Shown: in pieces, positions 35,726 through 46,830 of the stretch
How positions within the stretch are numbered: the stretch's first letter is position 1
Layout of the letters: every line of letters starts with the position of its first letter
DNA from: Octopus bimaculoides
Taxonomy: Eukaryota
Length of the DNA stretch: 55,687 nucleotides
Direction of reading: 5' to 3'
NCBI RefSeq assembly: GCF_001194135.2
Contig: NC_068990.1
Location: 19,691,489-19,747,175 of the forward strand
The notes under the pieces: generated by a model
Databases searched by the model: none
Told to the model about the DNA's origin: nothing
Seen by the model: the letters and a program-made list of their open reading frames with translations, nothing else
Program-made: the position numbers and the translations under genes

Positions 35726-38700
35726 TATTGAAACTTATTGATAAAGATTCTTTGTAGCCGATCATTCAGTAAAACTTAATAATAGTTTTCTTTAATAGAG
35801 TTCCAACGCTTTTTAAGTTTAGGCATGTTTCAAAACAAAGCTCCTTGGTCACTGTAGTCGCAATAATGATGTTGGTGTGTTCGTGACCACAATGCCAATT
35901 GGAAGACAAATTTCAATTTCTATCGACTAAATATCACAACAAACTCTCACGTATATATACTTATATATACACACACACTTGCAAAGAAATATATATTCAT
36001 TCAGGGAATAAAAGTATGGAAAATATGGTAAATACAAATGTATGTATGATAGTTACATACATGCATACAAAAGTTTTTGTTCTATATATGAATATAACTG
36101 TCGTGAGGGACACATTCACTCGATATGTTAATATGTCTTTTCTCTGTTGGACTTGTTGGTAATTTGGAAGAATGTCAGAAAGTTGATATTTCGCTTCCTC
36201 CCACCGATATTGCCCCATATCTTTCCTTAGAAACATATTTAGCAAAAGTTCAGTCATAGTGTCCATGACAGGGTACCACAGGCTGTTTCCAAAAAATTCA
36301 CTTCAGTAACACAGTACATTGAAGTTCGCTCTAGTATTTTGAGCAGCTGGGTTTCAGTCTTCTTGTAAAAGAATTATGCATAGACGTAAAACTGCCGTAT
36401 TAGCAATTAAAATTCCGGCTTTATAATTAATTATGCTGACTGCATCAGGCAGATAAATCTAGTAGAATATCTATAATCATTAGCGACAAAAGCAGTATTA
36501 ATATTAATAGTAGTATGAAAAGTAATATTTATCCCCACTGAAAAGTGTATGTTGTGTTGGAATACAAAATACTGTGATGGTTAACAGGGGAGAAACTGTT
36601 ATATTGGTTTCCGGTGCATATAAACACTCTTGTTTACTACCAGATAAGGTTTTTTCGGCCTGTTCTGGCCTTGTCAGTGGTAAACGCCCGCTGGATTTAG
36701 CAATGATATCTCTGTTAGAGATATCGTTGCTGTCTCCAGCAATGGTGATCGTGGGTGATTTTATCTCTGGCTAGCAATGCAAATAAGAGTGCTTATATGT
36801 ACCGAAAGTCAATATGAGAGTTACTCTCATGGTATTTTGTGTTCTAACAGAACATCCACTTTTAAGGGGGCATAAATATTACTTTTTAATAGAATTTTGT
36901 TCAAATGCACGTTACACATGCTAATGAGAGTTGAAATTCAGCGATCAATCAATAGATAAGCTATAGAAGATTTTATTTTACCTAATTTGACAAAACCGTG
37001 TGCCAATATTCGGCATTAACTGGTTTTCGAATGAAGGCAATGTAAACAATGAGATATGAAACTCCAGTTCGATGTGTATAATCAATTGGCGGCTACTGAT
37101 AGTTTAATATGAAAGATTCGACAATAATCACCGATCTATAAACAATCAGTGTAGAACACTGATCACGCGTCTACAAATGAGACGCTACTAGGGACCTTGA
37201 ACGAGCCGCCATCAAATCACACCTCTGTGTTTCCATTAAAGAAAGCACTTTGTTAAATAAATTAGTAGTTGATATAGCTGTAAGGCTATTGGATCATCCT
37301 GATTAAAATATATTTGTCATAGGTCTGTTGGGTTAGTGTTGGTGTGAGGTTAAGTAGCAACTATTCATGTTGAACCAATACTTATAGAGAAGATATTATA
37401 ATTGCAAATATTCTGTTAAACACTAATGTAGAAATCATTATTATACATCATCGATTTTAGAAGTTGTTCTAAGGAAGGCGAGGCCCTTATTATATATCAA
37501 ATATTGCCAACTAACTGCAAATAACTATCTTTACATTTAATAATTTTCTCTTGATTTCTTCGAGGAAACTAAACCTATATTTATCTCTGTTATCGAAAGA
37601 GAAATTTATTGTGATGAAAATATGACAGCGTCATGGTTTTCAGTTTTGCCTTTAAAGCAATTTCCAATATATGATCATTAATGTTATTATAGTTTACACA
37701 TATCCTACTAAATATTACAAGGAAAATTGCTAGATGTTTTGGTTTCTAACTTCGTAGTGACTTAGGCTATATTACACCTAAATGTCATAACATCATACAC
37801 CACACACGTAATTGCTGCTAGTGCATTCTGAGTGCAAGCCTGTTAAATTAAATTCTTTGATATTATATCATACAAATTTATTGAATGTTTTTGGTTTAGA
37901 GCAGGAAAATAAAATAAAGAACATGAATAATTTATTATTCTTAATGTTTCATTCATGTTACTCTTCAGTGCTCAAATATAATTAATAGCTTCTGCTTAGG
38001 CTTTAACTAATATGTCAACATTATTCTTGTCCATTACGTTAGATTTGTTGCTACGAACATAATCGTTTAGATATTATGTTCAGTATTATGAGGTTGTTTG
38101 ATTCTTTATTTGTTCTTGTTGTTGTTATTACTATTTTCCCTAAAAATCTCGTACTATGGAACTTTGATTAAGTATAGAATTACAGGAAATCTGCTTTGGT
38201 ATGAAAGAAGATTCTACTTAAATAACGCAGTATCCAACATACTTGCTTTTAATGTTTTCTTCCTGTCAATATAAATTTTGATCTGTCCCTAAACAGAAGG
38301 GAGGATGGATTATAAGATTTATGTTGAAATATGTTTTGATTTAAAAGAAAAAAAGGAATCAATTTAATTTCTAACAGTACTGTGTGTTTCTTGTTTCTTT
38401 AATCTAAAATATTTATAGCTAGAATCTTCAGTTTCTTTCTTTTTGATTCTTTCTATGCTTAATGTTAAAATCTTTACATAAAGAAGCACGCATAAAAGCA
38501 GAGGGCAAGTCGTTTCAAGGATATACAATTTGGAGCCAAATTGTTTGTGAAATTACATATTTCCATTAAAGAATATAGATGTATACCGAAGTTTCTCACA
38601 ACACATGTAATATTGAAATTGTAAGTTCAATTACGTGTAAGCAGTTGAGGTTTCTTATATTCTCTCCATTCTATTATTTGCTACATAGAACAACACACTG

Positions 38701-39926
38701 ATTCTCTCTCACCTTAGCCAGAGTAGTATTCGAAATCAATGTGTGCCTTCTAAAAGTCTGTCGAAGAAATACTGACATTTATTGTCCTTCGGAAAAGTAA
38801 TAATATTCACATTAGCTTGTATTTACAGAGAGAAAAAAACCACAGTGATTATTGGAAAATACGGATTATTCAATTGCTATATAATATAATGTTGTTCAAC
38901 CGCGCGGGCACAGAAATGTCGTGGTTCCTCATCGACTAGCGTCTGTACCCTGACATGCTCTCTTTAACCGTAATATTTTAATATTGACATTTGCACGACA
39001 GAGTCATAACACCTCACTTTTCTACTCTAAACCATGTTATTTCAAGTTTTCTGATTTTGTTGGAGAGTATATAAAACTCGTGCACGTTCGTACACTAATA
39101 TTCGCCAAAATCCTTCTCGAGTCTTTAGAATAAGGAGCTGAAACATATGTTATAAATTGCTACAGTGAGATATTTGAAGGATGTTGTAAATATTTTTTAA
39201 CGTAAGTATAAACAATCTGTGTATAATCATTTCATGATAGACACAAAGTTAATGTAGTGAACATTTGAGCATATGCTCATAATTTTAAAAATTATTAAAA
39301 TCCCTGTGTTGTATTGAATCGTAAAGCATATTATTAACAAACCCCAGTCTGCCTGGTTTATAGCCAAAAGTTTATGCTTTTCTTTACTAAATGTTTAGTA
39401 GTAAAAACATACAGCTCCTTAAATGCATTTACTCAACAGTATGGAAATGTAAATGTTTTTAACAAATAGGCCTATCTTTGCTTGAACAGCACTAGAGATG
39501 AATGAAAGCCAGCGAAAGTATGAAGAAACAAAATCCCAAGAGCAATTTATTGAACGTATTTTGAAGGTTGAGGCATAGAAAAATCAAATCAGTAAAATAC
39601 GAAAAGTTTACAAATTCAGATTTTTAAACACTGCCTAGAAGCTATATGAAATATGATCCAAAGATAACCGGGGAATTATGGTATTATTTTTTTCAAGTTA
39701 GAAAGCTTTCAATATGATATCCATTATTTTTCCAAATAAAAGCAATTTTCCGACACATTTGCAGATGTGCGGATATATTGTTTCAATATGTAAGCAGAAA
39801 TACATTATCGAAAGAATGATGGAGTATTACGAAGATTTATGTCAAGATACATTATATAGGGAATAAATTTGGCCACAGGAAGATAGTTCAATAGAAAATC
39901 CATTTTCTTTTAAGGAAATATATATA

Positions 39927-39966
<40 letters not shown>

Positions 39967-40394
39967 CATACAATATTATATAACAATTTTAATTCCGTAT
40001 TGCGGGAATTAAAAAAAAAACGAACAATAAAAACCATTCTTTGAGGCATTTTATCAAAAATCTCTCGTGACCTGAGTAATAAATCAAATTCTCCGTTAAT
40101 ATTTTATACACATTCGTTCAACTCCTGGGAAATATTTTTGGAAAAATTATATTAAGTTATTTATAATATGTCATTATTCGTGTGACCTTCATGGTTGTTG
40201 TGAACATGTTGAAAGCCAAAAGATAAATTAATTTTATAAAAGACATATCGTTTAACAAGCCATGTTGTTATTTTTAAAACATTTACAAGTCATTTCTACT
40301 TGAAACAAACTATAGTTTCGCGGTAATTTGTTAAATAAATTAATCATCGTATTTTTACAATGTTTACCAATATTATATACAAAACGTTAAATGT

Positions 40395-40720
40395 ATTCCA
40401 CCAAAGATACGCAAGAGGAATTCTGAGAAGATCGCATAGAAAATGAAGACATTCTAGGGAAAGACAACACAAGACTATTTTGTAAAACCATCAAAGAACG
40501 AATATTAAAATTAGCGGGTAACAACATACAGAATAACGTTAGCATTCGGAGACCATTGGAAGAGAGGAAGAGTGAAAGACCAAAGACTACATAGCGTAGA
40601 GCATTCATAACTGAAATGAGAGAAGGCAATATCACAAGGACGGATGCAGAGAAAACTGCAGCCAACAGAAACTAGTGACAGCAATTTGCTGTCGAATGAG
40701 CTCAAGAACAGAGGAGGAAT
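40395..40720 (+). mobile_element. RTE-clade LINE 3' fragment, decayed
   Basis: DRIENEDILGK..KTIKERILKLAG..ERKSERPKTT*RRAFITEMREGNITRTDAEKTAANRN* matches the RTE GRPKTTWRR C-terminus. Confidence 0.75.
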
Positions 40721-41617
40721 CGAAACTGAAAGTGAGCTGAACTGTCATTATAGTTATGACTAAATAATTTTCGAAAGAATCGGGATTGAGTCATGTTTCA
40801 TCATAATCAAGCAATGCAATAAATAAAATCTATAATAACTAATATAAAACTATTGTCGTCATGGATCACAATTATACAGCAAATGCCTCTCATCTGGTTA
40901 AAGCAGAAGTCCTGAGTGATTGAAGTTTTCTGCTGCAAGTGACATAAGCAAACAGAAGTAAATTTCTGGACATTAAAATACTTATTTCACTCTAAGTGGG
41001 CCGGGCCACATCCAGGTCACGACTCCTGAGTGACCTTCGGCTAACAATTTTTAACCACTTGGATATCGGAGACTTGTGCATTTAAATCGTGTGGAAACTT
41101 CATTTACTTGTAACTCTCATTCATTAACTCAACTTTAAAACATAGACTTAAAGATGAAATAAATTTGGTTATCATCGTAGCGCTGAAACGTCAACGCTAT
41201 CACAGTGATTAAGGGTTACTTTCTTTAACGTTAAAATACAAAGTTATTGCCTTCAAAACAGTGTATTACATGAAAATATATACAAAAAATAGCTAAACAT
41301 GTTACGACATATCTAATATTTATAACATAAGTTTGTCAAAAGCATATATTTTTCTAATATGTAACAATATCGGAGTTATAACACAGTTTGCAGCAACAGA
41401 AATCTTGTCACCTTTTCAAAACTTGTTCGTGTTATGACGCCTCGTAGGTGATATGGACTACCATTAGTAAATATGTCTGAGTTTTCCGTTTGGAAATGTA
41501 ATGCAATAAAGCAAGAAAATCAATTTGAAACTCTATACAATATGACTGCCAGAAGATTATTATGTTTTCTATTCTATTACTTTTACAAACCTGCCAAGTT
41601 CTCCGAATATACATATT

Positions 41618-41919
41618 TCATAAACACCTAATGTTTTCACAATGGAATTCGAGGCTATTGCGACTGACCATGGATAAAAATCTGCATGTGAGTATGAAGG
41701 TTCTCAACGACCGGTCAGTTTGTCGCCATCCGTAATTGTCTTCAATGATTCTAAATCCATGATCATAGGGAAAACGGAAGAGGAAAGGAAATTCATCAAA
41801 TCCATCGAGACAGAAATATTGAAGACAGACCTTAATCGCATCAGTCGCACCTATTGCAGAAGTCACCCGAAGATCATGGACACCATCATGTGTTACTGAT
41901 GAAAAGCAATAACTGGGTT
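41618..41919 (-). CDS. Candidate terminal exon of an unknown protein (unverified)
   Basis: Acceptor TGCTTTCAG at 41920-41928 opens a 100-codon frame (..PSYCFSSVTHDGVHDLRV..FPYDHGFRIIEDNYGW..HCENIRCL*) in a locally GC-richer island. No family recognised. Confidence 0.25.
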
Positions 41920-42094
41920 CTGAAAGCACATTTAGTCTTTATAAAATATATAAATGTATGGAAATTGAAAGCTTGCTGAAGGTATTAGATCAGAAAATAG
42001 ACTGACTGTTTTAAGATTAAAATGGATATTGTCTATATTTGAAATTGTAAAATTGTATATATTTACAAGCATGTTTCGTAGCTCTTAGATTATC

Positions 42095-42715
42095 GCGGGT
42101 ATCAAATGTTCTCCAAACATCCCGAATGATAGCCTTCTTCATGCACTCACCCCTATCATATCGTCCCAGAACATACTGCTCCACATCCTCCTTGGTCTTC
42201 CTCTCGGGCCTTTTCCTCCTACCTGCGTCAACTCTATCACGGTAGTAGCATGTTTCTCCTACAGTAAAAGAAAAAAAAACACATGGCCAGTAAACCGCAC
42301 CTGCCTCTTAGTTACCATGTCGTACAAACCACTCATCCAGCTGTCCTCATCACCTCTTTAACTCTCAGTCTGACCCAGAGTAATATGTCCGGGATTAAAT
42401 GTAGGCAGCGTCGATGGAACACGTCCAGCAACTGGGATATCTTCGATATCTTATTCAGAGTTACTAGCGGCAGCTAGTATAACAATAAATGAGTGTAGAT
42501 ACATTCTAATCTTTTTACAGATGGTCTTCGATCTCGATATTGGACGAAGGCCTTCGAATACTGACATCGCTTTATCTAACCTGATCTTGCTATCAACTTT
42601 TGCATTACTCTCGACGGAAATAGAAGTGGCTCTATGCATATAGGACAAGCAAAAATTCTGAGGCATCGAGTAATTAATCCTACTGTGGTGAGTCATAGTT
42701 TCTTCTTTAATGGGT
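42095..42715 (-). mobile_element. RTE-clade LINE 3' fragment, decayed
   Basis: NFCLSYM..KVDSKIRLDKAMSVFEGLRPISRSKTI..KIRMY..; downstream KRQVRFTGH and GRRKRPERK remnants. Confidence 0.7.
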
Positions 42716-43483
42716 TTTTAAGAATCACCCGGAAGAGGTTGTTCTAGGTTCAACATCCCATTTTGTGTAGTAGTAACGTTGGCCAATGTGAGAGCAGAAT
42801 TTGCTTGCGTCTATCACTTTAGTTTAGTAGGTAGACGTTCGAGAATTAAATATTTTCTCACTCTAAATTGGAACAATATTTTGGTTGCTGATTTTGTTAT
42901 ATTGCATGTGAGATCGCCAGTAAAGATTACACAGTGCTTATAAAGCTTAGCATTTGTTGTAACTTTAATGGTGTCAATTACACGCTGATCACGATTAGAG
43001 ATCGTAAATTTGAAGACTGCTCCCTTGATATGTACAGGGATTCTATTTCGGAATTGTTCAATTAAGCAAATTTATAATGTTATTATTGAAGTATTATCTC
43101 AATGTTCCTATTCAATCATGAATGTGAACGTTTCATATAAACGCCTCCTCTGAGCCAAAGTCTGCGAAAAAGCGTGAGAGTGGAATAATCTACACTGGAG
43201 TGAAATGGCACATGCATCTCCTTAATATACATATGGAAATGACATAGTGACACAAGCATACAGTAGCGATGCACAAGGACAGGGTACTGATAAAACGTGG
43301 CCTGTAGAAGCTGGCTGTGAAGATGTGACCTGAGTGAGAGAATGCTTCAATTCAAAGAGACGTGAAACGAATGAAGCTGGCATGAAAGAGTTTCTCTCTT
43401 TTGTTGGCAGTGACTAATGCTTTGCTACTATCAAGTGCAAGGACAAAGTTCACACCTTATGTATCAGCGGTGATAGAATAATT

Positions 43484-43672
43484 GTTTCAAATTTTGGTAC
43501 AAGGCCAACAATTTTGGGGGAGGATGCAATTCGATTACATCGGCCCACGTGCTCAACTGGTACTTATTTTATCAATTGCGAAAATATGAAAGGTAAAGTG
43601 TGTTCCGGCAACATTTGAACTCTACTAAGTATTTTTTCCGGCGCGGTAACGATTCTGCCAGCTCGTCGCCTT
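43484..43672 (-). mobile_element. Family A SINE, tail type 3
   Basis: Reverse complement AAGGCGACGAGCTGGCAGAATCGTTACC.. head, core and tail. Confidence 0.8.
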
Positions 43673-43696
43673 AAGGCTGATCGAATATTACCAGCA

Positions 43697-43933
43697 AAGG
43701 CAGCGAGCTGGCAGAAACGTTAGCACGCCGGGCGAAATGCTTAGCAGTATTTCGTCTGCCGCTACGTTCTGAGTTCAGTTTCTGCCTAAGTCGACTTTTC
43801 CTTTCATCCTTTCAGGGTAGATAAATTAAGTACCAGTTACGCACTGGGGTCGATATAATCGACTTAATCCCTTTGTCTGTCCTTGTTTGTCCCCTCTATG
43901 TTTAGCCCCATGTGGGCAATAAAGAAATAAGAA
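43697..43933 (+). mobile_element. Full-length family A SINE, tail type 1
   Basis: Complete head, core and tail, very similar to 13618-13847. Confidence 0.92.
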
Positions 43934-45210
43934 TCTTAGCTTAAAAGAGAAGCTGGTTTCCAGTAAGAACTCCATAACTTTCTACAGAGATTGTTATCGG
44001 TCTCTGAGAATATCAAGGGTCTCATTTCGGTGAAGCAGTTTTATATATCTAATTCATGTCGGCGTATGGCATCCCGTTACTTTGTTGCAAAATATATCTA
44101 ATAGAAGCTGATCATATTTTTAAAACTACACTGTATGAAAGGTATAATTTGAGAAATTCGTAGATTTAACCAAATGTATACCTCTAAAACAAATTCCTTA
44201 AGTTAGGTTTCACATCTTAAATTTGCAGATCTTGTAATTCGTTAAATTATGCATTATACATTCACTGGAAAACATACGGATAGTACATGTGAATAAACAC
44301 ATTGCACACCCGGAACATTCGAGTGTATCTGACACACATAAACTAAAGTTCTATTTTCCACAGGAAGACATATAAGCACTCTTCTCTTTTCCTTGAATCG
44401 TGCTTCTTAAGTCTCCAAAGTATGCACTAGAAATTATACAAACTATCAATTCTATATATTTTTTAACCCACAATATTTTTATTTAAAATCAACCATACGA
44501 ATGATACAGTTTATCGATGCTACTATTGTAAAGTATTTCGAGAGTAAATTGGGTATTCATTCATTTTAGGAAATCCTCTAGTGCATTACTGCAATGTTAA
44601 ATGGCAAAATAATTGGGGGATATATTTATGTAAATAAGGCTCAGTGGTATTGGCTCCTCGGATACGATGATAATCTCAATTATGATAACAAAATGACTGT
44701 TCTTGTAAAAAGAATAAAACATAGATGTGTTGCATGTTTATATACAGTTATATCTTTATATTCTTGTATATTGTCATATATTGTTATATTTATGCATTGC
44801 TCTATATGTTTATACATTTATATATCATTATATTGATTTGATTCGCATAATTATTATTATTACTATTATTATTATTAATATTATTTTTTGTTGTTATCAT
44901 CATCAGCAGCAGCAGCAGCTTTCTATTCTGTTTCCATTTCTTACCGAGTGTCTTCCTGACACTTAGGGCAGAGTAATACAGTGTATACATTGGTAGGGCA
45001 TTAAAATAATCACACCAGATTGTTCATTTACAAAGTTATGTGACAAAGGAAAAGAAGAAGAAAGACAGAGAAAAAGGAAAAGCAAATGAAAAAAAAATAA
45101 ATAAAAAGAAAAAAAAGAAAGAAAATTCACAAAGACAATGCTCATCCCAGTACGTGTGACGTACCAGTAAAGACAATCTTTTGCACTTTCTGCGTGGATG
45201 GTTATTATTA

Positions 45211-45424
45211 AGTCGGTGAGCTGGAAGAAATGCTAGCACGCCCGGCGAAATACTTAGCGGTATTTCGTCTGTCTTTACATTCTGAGCTCAAATTCCGCCG
45301 AGGTCGACTTTACCTTTCATCCTTTCGAGGTCGATAAATTAAGTACCAGTTGCGTACTGGGGTCGATCTAATCGACTGGTCCTTCTCCCCCAAAATTTCG
45401 GGCCTTGTGCTTAGAGTAGAAAAG

Positions 45425-45452
<28 letters not shown>
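45211..45452 (+). mobile_element. Full-length family A SINE, tail type 2 with (ATT)n end
   Basis: Head, core and tail CCCCCAAAATTTCGGGCCTTGTGCTTAGAGTAGAAAAG(ATT)n. Confidence 0.9.
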
Positions 45453-45455
<3 letters not shown>

Positions 45456-45695
45456 GAATCCTCACATATTATTTTGATGGGTATGGTGGAAAGCGTCAGT
45501 TGTCTACAGCCAGAATACTAACGTGACACTTGTTTACTGGTCATGCTTGAACAACTCTGCGTAGAATTATTGCAGTTTCAAAAATGCTGATTTTTGTACG
45601 TGTTCTAACTTTACATTTGTACGAATCTTTTTTGAACCATGCTGATACTTGAGTGCTGATATTATTATTATTATTTTTATTATTTTGTACTGCAG

Positions 45696-45875
45696 GACAA
45701 GTACCTACTGATCTCAATGGTTATGCTATCGACGGTATGTGCATGGCACGGCTTAGTTACATTATTGGACCACGACAAAGAAAATGCAGACCGAGTAGAA
45801 ATAATAATTCTTAGCGTCCTCAGCATAGTATATATCTCGTACAATGTTGGCTTTGTCATCATCATCCATATGTAT
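45696..45875 (+). CDS. Internal exon (M3 to M4) of a pentameric ligand-gated ion channel subunit, Cys-less/Pro-loop-like metazoan type
   Basis: Acceptor TTTTGTACTGCAG|, donor TAT|GTAAGT, 180 nt, phase 0/0 (an alternative GTATGT donor lies at 45872). Encodes DKYLLISMVMLSTVCAWHGLVTLLDHDKENADRVEIIILSVLSIVYISYNVGFVIIIHMY: the (YLTxL)DKY start of M3, a very short M3-M4 loop, and M4. Other exons were not located. Confidence 0.75.
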
Positions 45876-46772
45876 GTAAGTATAATTTTACACAACTTTG
45901 TTCATTTTATTTTTCTCATTTGATGGATTCCATAATCATATGTGTATGCACTTATATACTTTACATTAAGTGAATTATGGCTGACTCATAGTTTATTCAG
46001 TGTCCCCATTGCTTAGAGTAGGAATTTTTATATCTTATAATTTTAGTTTTTCCCTAATTAAGGAATGTTCTTGAACCCTAATGAGTTATAAGTGCACCAT
46101 TCAAGATATCGATATTCTGTAGTGATTTTAAGAGCAATAAACAAAAATTGAATGTTCCATAAGATTTATTATGCCTTTCTGAGTGCTGCTTCTCATAATT
46201 TATAGATATACACTTTTTAACTACATAACATCACTGCTGTTTGCAAAGAAGAACTGCACTTGTTGACAGTGTCTACAGGAATTTAGGTGGACTCTTTTTC
46301 ATTGAATACACTAAATTCTAGATTACAAGGCAGACGTTCTCTGCAGTTTCTCTGCTTGCCATCCTTTCTGCTTGATCCAGTATTTACTAATGATATAATG
46401 TTGATAACTTCGGTTAATACGATTTTTTCAATTTCTTTTTGTTACTTCAGCTGCCATTAGATTTTTGGAGAGGTTGAAGTTAATTGTCCTATTGAAAATG
46501 TATTTCCTACTGAAAATGTATTTCATTGTTTTAGTTTTACAGTAAACGGCTGAATATAATAGATGTACTAAGAATAGACCGTATTCAAAATTAATAGCTG
46601 TTATTATTACACACACATCGTTTTTCCTAAACGTCTTTCGTGCAAAGTGACTTGACGCCACATTTATGGATAAATCAGTGTTTATTAATAAAAGATGCAG
46701 AACGTGTGTGTAGAAGCATTTATCAGGATCATAATCAACTTAATAATGGTATTTAGGCTTCAGCAAGAAGAT

Positions 46773-46830
46773 AAGGCGACGAGTTGGCAGAATCGTTAGC
46801 GCGTCGGACAAATGCTTAGCGTCACCTTTT
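46773..46830 (+). mobile_element. Family A SINE head only
   Basis: AAGGCGACGAGTTGGCAGAATCGTTAGCGCGTCGGACAAATGCTTAGCG. Confidence 0.75.

Noticed and set aside
35997-36266. 89-aa minus-strand ORF MDTMTELL..
   Set aside because: No recognisable family and no consistent acceptor/donor in this frame.
46447-46473. Strong acceptor TTTTGTTACTTCAG giving LPLDFWRG* as the channel's last exon
   Set aside because: Plausible splice site, but the peptide is too short to verify and lacks the basic post-M4 residues I would expect; unresolved.
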